From Chiloscyllium plagiosum (taxonomy: Eukaryota): a stretch of DNA of 64,000 bases. Shown one piece after another: positions 13,520-26,053 of the stretch (positions are counted from its first letter, which is position 1; each line of letters begins with the position of its first letter). The position numbers and the translations under genes were made by a program. The stretch spans positions 15,808,338-15,872,337 of the forward strand of contig NC_057736.1 in the NCBI RefSeq assembly GCF_004010195.1. Reading direction: 5' to 3'. Under the pieces are notes generated by a model, which saw only the letters and a list, made by a program, of their open reading frames with translations, ran no database searches and was not told the origin of the DNA.

Positions 13520-13642
13520 CTTTGGCTCCGGCCCGAAATGTCAATTCTCCTGCTCCTCCGATGCTGCTTGACCTGCTGTGCTTTTCCAGCAACACACTCT
13601 CGACTCTGATCTCCAACATCTGTAGACCTCACTTTTGCCTGG
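13520..13642 (+). mobile_element. Penelope-like 3'-end fragment (family 1)
   Basis: GCCCGAAATGTCAATTCTCCTGCTCC..CTCACTTT; TSD TTTCCTCAGAGCC at 13507-13519 and 13643-13655. Confidence 0.8.
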
Positions 13643-13682
13643 TTTCCTCAGAGCCAGCTCTCAAACTGAACAGGATGTCTGA

Positions 13683-13830
13683 CTTGGAGTCACACTGTAA
13701 ACATTTGCTATAAATTCTGTATCATATGATCTTATAACTCCACAATCACCTGATAAAGGAGCAGCGCTCCAAAAGCTAGTGCTTCCAAATAAACCTGTTG
13801 GACTATAACCTGGTGTTGTGTGATTTTTTA
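13683..13830 (+). mobile_element. Penelope-like 3'-end fragment (family 2)
   Basis: Degenerate hammerhead CTGATAA-A-GGAGC-AGC-GCTCC-AAAA-GC-TA, then GGACTATAACCTGGTGTTGTGTGATTTT; TSD AGGA(T/A)GTCTGA at 13672-13682 and 13831-13841; same family at 61349-61588 (-). Confidence 0.7.
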
Positions 13831-14057
13831 AGGAAGTCTGATGCTCCTATTCTTATCCAGAGCTCCCTAATAGATAAGATTAACAGTCCTAATTGGGGAA
13901 CTCATATTCTATGAAGTCCACCTGGCCGACCCCATTACAATCAAAACAATAACAAGTAGAATTGATTAAGGGAATTATTGATATAGTGTATATGGATTAC
14001 CCAAAGGTATTCAATAAGGAGCCACAAAAACAGTTATTTCACAAGATAGGAGCTCAT

Positions 14058-14319
14058 TCAAAGTTTGTGCGAAGATTTGTAGCTCGGGTGTTCGTTGTTG
14101 TGGTTCTGTTCGCCGAGCTGGAAGTTTTTGTTGCAAACGTTTCGTCCCCTGGCTAGGCGACATCATCAGTGCTTGGGAGCCTCCTGCGAAGCGCTTCTTT
14201 GATGTTTCCTCCGATGTTTATAGTGGTCTGTCCCTGCCGCTTCCGGTTAGATTAACGTGTGATGTTAGGAAATTGTTGGAATCGATAAGACCATAAAGCT
14301 CGGCGAACAGAACCACAAC
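14058..14319 (-). mobile_element. Penelope-like 3'-end insertion (family 3) with inverted 5' piece
   Basis: 12-bp TSD ATAGGAGCTCAT (14046-14057, 14320-14331); perfect 24-bp inverted repeat at 14096-14119 and 14297-14320; CpG-rich, so probably young. Confidence 0.8.
14132..14172 (-). ncRNA. Minimal type I hammerhead ribozyme motif
   Basis: Reverse complement: GCA-CTGATGA-T-GTCGCCT-AGCC-AGGGGAC-GAAA-CG-TT-TGC. Confidence 0.65.
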
Positions 14320-16359
14320 ATAGGAGCTCATAATATTGGTGGTAATGTATTAACATTGATTATGGATTGATTAAAATAAGGAAGACAAAAAGTTGGGACT
14401 AATGGATCTTTTTCAGATTAAAAGTATGTAACTAGTGGAATACCACGAGGATCAGTTTTACGGTCTCACTTATTTGTAATCTATATGAATGACTTAGAGG
14501 GAAGAGTGTAATATATCCAAATTTTTTGATGATACAAAAGTAGGTGAATTGGCATGTTGTGATGAGATTATAAGGCAATATAGATAGGTCGATTAAATCA
14601 ACAAAATGTTTGAGTTTGGAGTTTAAATTATGTAAGTGTTAAGTCATGCACTTTGTTAGGAAGAATCAAAAGACATTCTGCAAAAATGTTCAGTGCAGAG
14701 GGAACTGGGTGTTCTTGGTCCAGAAGCACAAAATGTTAGCATGTAGCTGCAGCAAGTGGCATTTAAGCCTTTATTTCTAAAGGCTTGGAGTTTAAAAATA
14801 GGGAAATGTTGTTACAACTGGACAGGGTGTTGATGAGACCACATCTGTAGCACTGTGTACAGTTTTTGATCCCTTGAAGAAAGGATAAACAGGTTAAGCC
14901 GTTATTCATTACAGTTTAGAAGGATAAGGAGCGTTCTTTTGAAAGATACAAGGTGCTGAGGGTGCTTGACAGGATGAATGTTGAGAAGATGTTTCCATTG
15001 GTGGGGAATCTCAAACTAGGGGGCAGAGTTGCAGAACTCATTTAAAACTGAAATGCAACAGGGTGAATTTCTAGAATTCTCAAGCTCACTGGAAGTATGA
15101 AAGTGAGGAGGTAATTTTTTTGATATATTAGGTAGTTGAGGGCTATAGTGACCTGGTATGAAAGAGTAGTTGACATGTGGAGCAGATCAGCCATGATCCT
15201 GTTGAATGGTGGGGTAGGTCTGAGGGGCTGATTAGCCTACCCTTCCTTTATCTTAGATTGTTATATATTTACATCCATTAAGAATTTCCTTGCAACTCTC
15301 CATCTCAGCTCATTGGCGTCCTGCAAGGGGAAGTAGACCAAAGGCTTGGTCAAAGAGGTGGGTTTAAGGACGTGCCCTAAAAGAGAACAAGGAAATAGAA
15401 AGACAGACAGTGTCGAGGGGGAGTTCTGCATGACTGCCAGTGGCGTGCAGCAGTTAAAACCAGGGACACAAGGGAGCCCAGGGTGTTGAAATCATAAGAG
15501 TGTTGTAAGGCTAGAGGGCATTAAATATACAGGTAGGAGCAACACTGTGGAGGGTTTTGAAAAGTACAGTTAGAATAATAAAATCAAAACACTGCTGGAA
15601 CCAGCATGTGCCCACAGTAGATTGTTGGTACATGAATGCAACTTGATGTAAGTTAAGAGATGGGCAGCTGAATTTTAGTGAATGTACAGATGGATTCTTG
15701 GGAAATACCAGAAATAATGGTGCAGAGTGGGGAGAGGAGCCATTGTTAGCAAGCGTTATTGGGATTAGATGGATAAGAATGGAACTGGCTGAGTATGAGT
15801 GAATGGTAGTGGAAGGTGTTGGAGGAGGAGTGTATGGTCAACAAAGGCTGCAAACAGGTTGAGAAGGATGAGAAGAAATGGTTTGACTTTGTCACATTCA
15901 TATAGGATTTATTGCTACTTTGATCAGAGCAGTTGATCTGAGGCAGGGGCAGAAGCTGAATTGGAGAGATCCAAGCGTGAGGTTTTAGGAAAGCTGAGCA
16001 TTTTTGTGGGAGGCAACAGCTTGTTCAAGGAATTTGGAGAGGAGAGGGACATTGGCAATCGATGCTAATTTGCAGAAGTGTCAGGATGTTTTTTGAGGAG
16101 ATAATTGGTAACCCTTGTTAAGCTGTGGGGAGGAGGCAGGAAAGAGGATTTTGAGATGACAGTTTGCAGCAGAAAAAGGAAGCTATGTTTTTTTTTTCTG
16201 ATAATTCTTGATAAGTGATTGTTTTCATGGAATAGAGTAAGACTTGATGATGCAATGATACCTGGCAATGAGACACTAAACCAAATGTTTGTCATAACTA
16301 TCCAAGTCTACATCCCTCGGCCTTAAGGGAGCAGAGGTGAGGGTCAAACCATGGGTGAA

Positions 16360-16565
16360 GGTCAGTTAGCTTGAACAACTGGTTTGAGATGTGATGTCAA
16401 CAAGACAGGTTCAATTCCCGCAGCAGCTGAGGTTACATTGAAGGTCCTACCTTCTCCACCTCTCCCCTTGACTAAGGTGTGGTGACCCTCAGGTTAAATC
16501 AACACCAGGCATCAAAGTCTGTCTCTCTAATAAGAGAGCAGCCCTATGGTCTGGTGACTTTACCG
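16360..16565 (+). mobile_element. tRNA-derived SINE
   Basis: GTTAGCT..GGTTCAATTCC box; body GGTGTGGTGACCCTCAGGTTAAA shared with 52800-53012 (-). Confidence 0.6.
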
Positions 16566-16904
16566 TGTCAAGGGGAATAACCAGGGTTTGAGAGAAATGG
16601 TTTTAATAGGGTCTGGAGCAGCAAAGGTGGAGTTGAGTGTGTGGTTAAGCAGATCAGTGGCTGCAGAAATGTTGTGGTGAATGGAGAGTCGGTGACTAGG
16701 CAATTGGGTTTTGAAAGGCTGGATTTTGAAAGTGCAGTATTGAGTTAATTGGGAAGAAAAGGAGTCAATACAGAAGGAGATGGTGGGGAGAGAAGAGATG
16801 AGTGGAGAGCAATACAAGGAAATGATCAGAAATGGCCTTAACTGGGAGTTTATGGTAGTTTTTCTTTCATGTTGCCATGAAGAAAAAAATGGGTGACCTG
16901 GTTG

Positions 16905-17190
16905 CTCAGAGCCAGGGATCCAGATTCGATTCCAGCCTCCGGTGACTGTCAGTGTGGGTTTCCTCTGTGTGCTGCGGTTTCCTCCCACAATACAAAGATG
17001 TGCAGGTTAGGTGAATTGGTCATGCTAAATTGCCCAGAGTGCTCAGGGATGTGTAAGTTAGTTGCATTAGTCAGGTGTAAATATAGGATGACAGGATAGG
17101 GGAATGAGTCAGGGTGGGTTACTCTTCGGAAGGTTGGTGTGGACTTGCTAGTTCGAAGAGCCTGTTGCCACACTGTAGGGATTCCATAAT
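16905..17190 (+). mobile_element. V-SINE (HE1-like), 5'-truncated
   Basis: GGGTTTCCTC..GGTTTCCTCCCACA..AAAGATGTGCAGGTTAGGTGAATTGG V-domain and ACACTGTAGGGATT tail. Confidence 0.85.
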
Positions 17191-18569
17191 ATTCTATAAA
17201 TAATATTAGTAGCAAGACCATGTGAGATGGCAAGATCCAGGAGTAGCCATGAACATGTACTGGAGAGTTTATACAAAAGGGAGTTCATATTGACAAACTC
17301 AGTGGAGAGCATGAGGAAGGACAGCCCTGAAGATAAGTCAGTGAGGAACTTGGTACCATGCTCAGGGAACTGGTTGAGAATTATGGTTTAATTGAGAAGT
17401 GAATGGAGTGGAACAATGTGTGATACTTAGAGGAGGAGAAGGTGTCGTGGAAGCAGCAGCAGTTTAGTGATAGAGCCACATCATCACCATGAAGGCTTTG
17501 GCAAGGCCACCAGACAAAAAAAAATTCAGAAACAGCACTGGTCATGGCATTGACAAAGCAGGGTGTGAGGAGGATTGTCAACCAGAAAACCAGGCTTCCC
17601 TCAAAGCTACTTGAGGACTATGAGAGAGGCTAGAACAATCTGCCCAGATAAGGGAACAGGATTAGAATCCTGAACAGACGTGTGCCACTATTGAGAGCGC
17701 GGAAGGAAAGAGTCTGTGAGATAAATGACAAGCCTTAAGCATCTTCAAAGCAGAGATTTTGTGATGGTGTTAATGCTCTAATTTGAGTGTCTGCCCTATA
17801 TATATATTTGTGAAAAAAATCTGATATTTAAGGAGAATGTCGTGTACTAAATACTCATTTTGACATTTAATTCTCTAATCCAGGGAAGGAACGCAGGGCT
17901 TTGTATTATCCTTGACTCGTGTGTAAGTCTGTAGAAAGACTTAATCACTTGTCATAACTGTCAGTGCTTCAATTCATCACTGGCCAGAGGTGCTAATCTG
18001 TGTTGCTTGTAATAATTCCTGTCTGCCACGATGCACCATGTCAGTGGGCAGCCAGGCCAGACTAATTAAAGATAGCAACTGGTGGCAGCTGTCTGCCTGC
18101 AGCTTCTGGTCAATAGAACAAATGACAATGCAGGCACGGAGCAAATTAATGATACATGCATGTGACCGAGTGAGCTGTCAGCCAAGGCAGTGATCTGTAA
18201 TTACCTTCTCAACATACAAATGCACATGTACACACATATGTACACACATATACAGTTACAAACATCCCTCCCATATACATGCGTTTATATGTACCTGTAT
18301 ATCTATACACTGCACTTAATTTCTCCCTCAATTTCTTCTCTGAATGTGCTGATATAGCTCATTTTCTCTCCCAGTGTACCTTAATGCGCTGAATTAAATT
18401 CTAGGCCCCACTTTCCCATATTTTGTTTCACATGGCAAAATAAATAAGGTTTAGTTCAGGAAAATCAAAATTCCCATCTACTGTAAGCCTAGAGTCCAGC
18501 AATACAGCTAAAAATGATAATCATAATGGTAGTCAGAGTGAGAGAGAGCCATCTGTTTTCTTGGCAAAC

Positions 18570-18880
18570 ATTGTCTCAGTGGATAGCATTCTCATCCCTA
18601 CATCCCAGGTTATGCTCATTGACTTCAATGTAAAATCCAGCTCTCATATTCCTGTCCAGCTCTGAGGACACGCAGCACTGTCAGAGGATGGTGTCTTTAG
18701 GATGAGGTGTTAGAGTGAGATTTCATTTTCTCTCTGAGGTGAACGTAAAGATCCCATGGCAATATTCAAAGAAAAGTGCGGGATTATCATTTTTTATCCC
18801 TCGGCCATCATTCAAACAGATTATTTGGGCATTCAACTTGTTGCTGTTTCTCAGATCTCTGTTGTGTGGCAAATAGTTAT
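18570..18880 (+). mobile_element. DeuSINE-like SINE
   Basis: GTCTTTAGGATGAGGTGTTA..GAGGTGAACGTAAAGATCCCATGGCAATATTCAAAGAA core. Confidence 0.7.
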
Positions 18881-21277
18881 AAATTTAACTTGTGGCCTGT
18901 GCAGCAACCAAGTGTGCAGTCACAGCGAGCGTGGAAAAGTAAGTTAAAATAAGGGTTTAAATCTGAGCTCTGCAGGCCTTTTCTGAAAACATTAAAGTAT
19001 CTGGCTACTAATTTGGGCCGCTAGTTTTCTGCCCAGCGTCAAAATCAACAGGTCTCTGGTAGTCAACATACAATGCAGCATCTGGCTTGATGAGGAGGCT
19101 TAAACCTTGAAGAATTTGGTGAATTGTAAACTGCTTTTTCTCAGTAGGTATCCATTTAGAGAGTGGAAGTGACTGTTTATTTTGATGGCATGATGAGGTT
19201 TATTGAGTTTGTAGTACTGCAGTGTTGCCACAGCCAGCTCTTGTGCTGTTTATTACAGCTCTCGCTTTTGTTCCTTGTTCATGCATTGTAATGCAGGTAA
19301 TGGAACTTCTCTTGCTTGGTTTTCTGAATACTATTCCTCACTGGTGAACAAATGCTGCACACTTAGTGACTATTGAGAAGATTTTAACTTAATGTGTTAG
19401 AACGCAAAACTCTGACATTCCCTCCTTCAACCGTTTTAATTGTCCGTCCTCCTGTAAGACTTTAAACATAAACCTTTGAGCTTTTAATCACTTGACCTAA
19501 TATATCCTTATGGAGTTTGGTGTCAAATTTTGTTTGATAACACTACTATGAAGTACCTTGGGACATTTTAGCATGTTAAAGGCACTACATAAATGAAGCT
19601 TGTTATTGTAATACTGCGCATATAATTGGCAATAATAAAATAAAATAGCCATCTTCAGATACAGTTAACTATGTTTCTCCTTGAAGTTTCATGTTCATTG
19701 AGGACATTCTATGTCCCTTTACAAAGAATGGGATGATTTCTGACGTTGCCACTCTCTGTTCCTATAGCATGTGCTGCCAGGTAAGGAATAGTTAGATGAA
19801 GATTTACTTTGTCCTTCAGTGAATATTCCAGCCAACCTTGGAAGGGCACTAGGATGTTGTTGTTTCCGGACTCTGCACTAATTAGTCATTGGTATCTTTC
19901 AAGTGAGGTTATCATTTGGTGATGAATTATGTCAGCAGTTTGTGATGTGAACTTTTGGACCTAGTGAAATTTAGTTTAGTTCTAAGAAGACTTATTGTGG
20001 GTCAAGACTTTGATGCTTCCTCCTGGGAAATATGTCAATGTTCCAATGCTCAGGTGGAAGCATCCTGATTGATGATGTGTCTGAAGTTCGCTAGGTCCCC
20101 ACCATCTGGAAATCATCTCCCAATGATAGTCAACACCTTCAGAACAGGAGTTTGGATGAATTAAGGCAGTGGGGAAGGAAGACCCCTTTACTGCATCTCA
20201 GTAGGATGAAATTATTCTTGGGCATTATTGAAAAATAGGCAATTGGCTGTTCATCTTAAGCCAAGCCTTTGGGATTCACCCAGTTTGCACTTCTACCCAT
20301 GCCAATTTCACCACCACCAGGTGATTTAAATCTTTCAGACTCATCTGTCTCAAAAAAGATTATAACTCCACGGCTCTGCCAAAACCCAAGTGGATCAATA
20401 TGTTTATAAACCAGAGCAGGGCTGCTTTCCGAAAACATCAAACTTCCTGCAGTCAGCTTGGCTTCGTGCCCTGGGATTTATCTCTATGACCCAAATGGGT
20501 CTGACCTGGGTTGAAGCCAACTCCAGATTAGGATATATCGCAGTGAGTGCCAGAGGTGAAAGTTGGCGTGTGTGAAGATGCCATTTCACCAGTCCCAGCC
20601 CAAAGGAGGAGATTTTCTGGTCTCACGATAGAGCTAACAGCTGGTGCAAAGTTCCCTCTCACAGTCCAGTCTTTGTCTGGCTTCAGAATTAGAGGCTTTC
20701 TCAGCTCTGATGATTGTTTTATTTTGTTGTATTTTTTTTTCCTCCTGCTTTAACATATTGAGCGTTGAATGGAATATTCAAATGTAAACTAGCCAGCAAT
20801 TGGTTAGTGCACAAAGCCCACATGCTTCTTAGTGCCCATGCCTTGAACTCAAAAATTCTCTTGTGTCTTTTCATAGCAGTAAACAGCTCTTGTTTTTTTT
20901 TCCACATCTTCAAAGACATGTAATGAAACAATTATGGTAGGGTGAGGTTGGTTACATAGCCAGTTTGACACTCCACCCATAAGTGCCATTGTCAAGAAAC
21001 ATCTCCATTAGCTAGGAGAGAGTAGATTGAGGAGGTAAGAAGTTTCTCAGGTTTGAGTTAGAGCAGGAGATGGGCTAATGATATAAGGATTAAGACAATA
21101 ATGTTCCACATACGTTCCTAGCAAGTACACTTCTTTTGTAATGATTGTAGATACTGTTAAAAGCAACATGCAATGATGCTGGTAGTCATCAAGAACTTAG
21201 GAATTACTATGCTTTAGAAAGGGCTAAGATCCTTTCGCCGTACCTGGTACATTATACTGCAATGATGGAGCAACTGG

Positions 21278-21620
21278 GGATGTGATGGCGTCGTAGTATT
21301 ATCGCTGTTAACCCAGAGATCCAGGTAATTTTCTGGGGACTCTGGTTCGAATCCCACGATAGCAAGTGGTGGAATTTGAATTCAATAGAAAAGGAAATCT
21401 GGAATTAAGGAGCTAACAATGACCAAGAATGCATTGTTGATTGTTGGGAAAAACCCATCTGGTTCACTAATGCCCTTAAGGGAAGAAAACTGCCATCCTT
21501 ACCTGGTCTGGACTACATGTGACCTACAGCAATGTGGTTAACACTTAGATGCTCTCTGGGCAATTAGGGATGGGCAATAAATACTGGCCTAGCCGGCACC
21601 ACATCCCGTGAAAGAATTTT
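21278..21620 (+). mobile_element. tRNA-derived SINE with LINE-derived 3' tail
   Basis: GGTTCGAATCCC B-box; tail CAATTAGGGATGGGCAATAAATACTGGCC resembles the LINE 3' ends at 56775 and 63460 (-). Confidence 0.7.
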
Positions 21621-22857
21621 AAAAATTGACCAATCATGGTTTTTGGTCTCAATGCCAGAGAGCTTTGGAACCATAAATTCAAAGTCACCTGTTTCTTGCT
21701 AGCACACATTGCACTTGCAATACATGATGTTCCAAAGTAAGTGTATGTTGCAATCCAAAATATCGTTTTCTGAAATAAATCTATTTACTTTGTAGTTGAT
21801 TGAACCAATACTAACAGTGCACAGCAAGCTTCCACAAGCAGGTATGTTGTAATTATCAGATTACCTGTTTTAATGACATTGACTGAGGTATAAGCGTTGG
21901 TCTGGACACAGGAGAGAATCTGTCTGCTCTTCTTCAATTAGTACCATTGGATCTACTGTGGCCGCATGAAAGGGCAGGTAGGACCTTTGTTTAATGACTC
22001 ATCTGGGAGACAACACCTCAGACAGCCGAACTCCGCATTAGCGTTAATGTTTCAGGTCTTGTAGTTTTCTGACTGAGTGAGAGTGCTACCCACACAGTCA
22101 GCTTGATTGTAAGCTGACTCTGGTACTTAATGGCCTTCCCATTCCCTTTCCTTATTGCTGTGATGTGTTGGACTACAACCTGGTGTTGTGTGATTTTTAG
22201 TGCTGTTATAGCGCAAACTGTCATTTTCCTGCCTGGTCCTGGAGTGTTCTGCTTATCAAGCACCTGTCTGTTGTGAAACAAACACATACATTTCTGGACA
22301 AACTCAGCAAGCACATTCTGAAGCATGGTAACTGGACTCAAAGTGTTAACTCTGCTTTCGCTACACAGATGCTGTCAGGCCTGCTAAGTTTCTCCAGCAA
22401 TTACTGTTTCTGTTTCAGATCTCCAATGCCCGCTGTTCTTTGTCTTATTTTATCCGTTTGTTCTGATTGGCTTTGGAGGCAGTCTGGCAGGAGAGCTGTT
22501 AACTGGGATTAATGAGGTATAGCTCTAATGATTAAGTGAAGTCACTGTGTTGCAGAATGAAATATTGCTTTGCGAGAGCATGGACTGATTAGCTTTAACA
22601 AGGAGGTTTTGCTCGCCAGTCTGTGTAGGATCAGTGCACTCTCTGTGAGCAGGCAGCTTCTGCTTACAGTGCGGAGATCTCCAGATGGAGATAGAAGGAA
22701 TTAGATTAAGCTTTGATTATCAAGAAGCGGCTTAAATATAAGAAGTGGGCCATGGAGTTTTCTATGGATTAAGGTCGTTGGAAGCTATTAACCTGGAGGT
22801 GAGGGAGAACTCGTCTGGGGAAAGTGGAACAAGATAACATGACATTAAAATGAATTC

Positions 22858-24118
22858 GATTAGAGTCCTAGAGTCATAGAGATGTACAGCATGGAAACAG
22901 ACCCTTCGGTCCAACCCGTCCATGCCGACCAGGTATCCTAACCCAACCTAGTCCCACCTGCCAGCACCCGGCCCACATCCCTCCAAACCCTTCCTATTCA
23001 TATACTCATCCAAATACCTTTTAAATGTAGCAATTGTACCAGCTTCCACCACTTCCTCTGTCAACTCATTCCATACACGTACTACCCTCTGCATGAAAAA
23101 GTTGCCCCTTAAGTCTCTTTTATATCTTTCCCCTCTCATCCTAAACCTATGCCCTCTAGTTCTGGACTCCCCCGCACCAGGGGAAAGACTTTGTATATTT
23201 ACCCTATCCATTCCCCTCATGATTTTATAAACCTCCATAAGGTCACCCCTCAGCATCCGACGCTCCAGGGAAAACAGCCCTAGCCTATTCAACCTCCCAC
23301 GATAGCACAAATCCTCCAACCCTGACAGCATCCTTGTAAATCTTTTCTGAGCCCTTTCAAGTTTCACAATATCTTTCCGATAGGAAGGAGACCAGAATTG
23401 TATGCAATATTCCAACAGTGGTCCAAGCAATGTCCTGTACAGCCGCAAGATGACCTCCCAAGTCCTATACTCATTACTCTGACCAATAAAGGAAAGCAGA
23501 CCAAAAGCCTCCTTCACTATCCTATCTACCCGCAACTCCACTTTCAAGGAGCTATGAACCTGCACTCCGAGGTCTCTTTGTTCAGCAACACTCCAGATGA
23601 ACTTACCATTAAGTGTGTAAGTCCTGTTAAGATTTGCTTTCCCAAAATGCAGCACCTCACATTTATCTAAATTAAACTCCATCTGTCACCTCTCAGCCCT
23701 TTGGCCCATCTGATCAAGATCATGTTGTAATCAGAGGTAACCTTCTTCACTGTCCACTACACCTCCAATTTTGGTGTCATCTGCAAACTTACTAACTGTA
23801 CCTCTTATGCTCACATCCAAATCATTTATGTAAATGGCAAAACGTAGAGGGCCCAGCACCGATCCTTGTGATACTCCACAGGTCACAGGCCTCCAGTCTG
23901 AAAAACAACCCTCCACCACCATCTTCTATCTTCTACCTTTGAGCCAGTTCTATGTCCAAATGGCTAGTTCTCCCTGTATTCCATGAGATCTAACCTTGCT
24001 AACCAGTCTCCCATGGGGAACCTTGTTGAATGCCTTACTGGAGTCCATATAGATCACATCCACCATTCTGCCCTCATCAATCCTCTTTGTTACTTCTTCA
24101 AAAACTCAATCAAGTTTG
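22858..24118 (-). mobile_element. CR1 LINE, 5'-truncated
   Basis: ORFs 23731-23922 ([16 protein letters not shown]) and 22948-23682; (CTATGACT)-type tail. Confidence 0.95.
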
Positions 24119-25105
24119 TTGTATCAAAGACTGCATGGGGGAAATATAGATTCTTTACTGCTCAAATCCTGGTTGAGCTATACTATGCTGTGGCAGAATC
24201 ATAGAAGAACACCATTGGCCCATGATTCCTGTGGCAACTTGTGACAAGAGCTATCTAATTTGTACCACCCCCTTTTCCCTTTCCTCATGGATCTGCAAGT
24301 CAAGTATTCATCCAAATCTGTCTTTGGAAGTTATGATTGAATATGCTTCCACCATCCTTTTTTGAATAGTTTGGTTATCCATCTGGGTTCTAGCCTCATG
24401 GTACTGTGCTTGGAAAGCAAATTGGGTTAGAACCACCAGGAACTTCCTGGATCAAAGGACAATTATCACCACACACTGGGGAGGCTTAACGATAGCTTCT
24501 CATGAGCAACCTGTCAGAAAGGTGGTGAAGTGGAAATCTCTGAGTCTGGAAGTCTGGCAATGCTGCAGTCCTCCAGGCAGAGCCAGTTCCATGCCAGAGA
24601 TATGCAATGGAAATGTGTAATAGGGAACATGTCTAGATAATGCAAATGATAATTGTGTTCAGGTGGCATAGCAGACATTACATATGAGCTTTGTGATGTA
24701 ATAGGTAATGCACCCGTCCCATATTAGGTACGGGTTCAAACTTGTAATTTCCAGCATTCTGAATCGCACTTCCTGCATTACATCATGAAGCTCCGATTTC
24801 CTCTTAATGTAAAATAAATTTCTGGGAAATCAGAAACAAAAAAAACAAGGAACTGATAATCTAAGAGATCTGCTCTTGGAAATAAATTAGAGGCTGAATA
24901 AAGAGTAAAGGCACTAAAATTAGCCTCTCCTACCTAGAATGCCCTTGATAAGGAAATTGACTGCAAAGAGCCACTAGGACTGAGTCTAGAAGGAGTATTT
25001 CATAAATATATTGCCTGGTAGGAAGTATTATAGGTAACTTCACTGTTAAATGTGGACAGAAAGTGATCCAAATGTCCAATGAGTGTGACCCAGTGTCTGG
25101 ATGTT

Positions 25106-25666
25106 ATAGAGTCATAGAGTTGTACAGCAGATTTTGAAGCTCCTTGGATGCTGCCTGAACTGCTGTGCTCTTCCAGCACCACTAATCCAGAATCTGGTTT
25201 CCAGCATCTGCAGTCATTGTTTTTACCACAGCACAGAAACAGACCCATTGATTCAGCTCGTCAATGCTGACCAGATATCCAAACCTAAACTAGTCCCATT
25301 TGCCAGCACTTGGCCCATATCTTTCTAAACCCGTCCTATTCATATACCCATCCAGATGTCATTTAAATGTTGCAATTGTACCAGCCTCCACCACTTCCTC
25401 TGGCAGTCATTCCATATGTGTACCACCCTCTGTGTGATAAAGTTGCCCCTTAGGTCCCTTTTATATCTTTCCCCTCTCACCCTAAACCTATGCCCTCTAG
25501 TTCTGGACTCCCCAACTCCAGGGAAAAGACTTTGTCTATTTACCTTATCCTTGTTCCTCATGATTTTATAAACCTCTATAAGGTCACCCTTCAGCCTTCG
25601 ATGCTCCAGGGAAAAATAGCCCCAGCCTATTCAGCCTCTTCCTATAGCTCAAATCCTCCAACCCTG
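25106..25666 (-). mobile_element. CR1 LINE 3' fragment
   Basis: GESRTRGHRFRVRGERYKRDLRGN; same subfamily as the 22858 and 26054 copies. Confidence 0.92.
25130..25227 (+). mobile_element. Penelope-like 3'-end fragment nested in a CR1 tail
   Basis: Near-identical to 29237-29334; TSD ACAGCA at 25124-25129 and 25228-25233. Confidence 0.85.
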
Positions 25667-26053
25667 TGTAAAAGCAAGCTTGTAATCCAAAGGCCAAGAA
25701 TTCAAATCCCAATTTGAAATGGAACTCTATGAAACTGGTAACAGAAAAAAAATCACAAACAGCAAACTAGTTTGTTAATGTCTAGAAAGAAAAGGAAGTC
25801 TGCAGCTCCTTTTAAGTTTGACACACACATTAGAGCAGTTCGCTACTCAAAGACATGTGTGCTGCCATTGTGATAAGTGCTGCAAGAGTGAAGGAGACGG
25901 TGCCAATCCACAGGCACTTTGCCTATAATATCTTTATCCTGTGAGCCGGAGAGACCAAAAGGAGATTTGAAGCCTGGCTTTGCCAATTTAGCTGATCTTG
26001 GCTATAGAATTAGATTAGGCACAAATTATCAATTTTGGTTTCACATTAAAGAA

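Larger units (their letters stand above)
13426..13948. mobile_element. Probable solo LTR
   Basis: TG...CA termini flanked by a 5-bp TSD ATAAC (13421-13425, 13949-13953); splits the CR1 reading FFEIIT|SRID. Confidence 0.65.
12900..15260 (+). mobile_element. Old CR1 LINE, interrupted by nested insertions
   Basis: Decayed motifs NVTPLF, IVYMDY.KVF, G.P.GSVL, FFDDTKVG and a CR1-like 3' UTR. Confidence 0.8.
15270..17750 (-). mobile_element. Fragmented L2-like LINE
   Basis: Purine-rich plus strand; minus-strand remnants resembling L2 RT motifs (Q.SF...H/ST.TALIKV) near 15900-15970; interrupted by SINEs. Confidence 0.5.
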
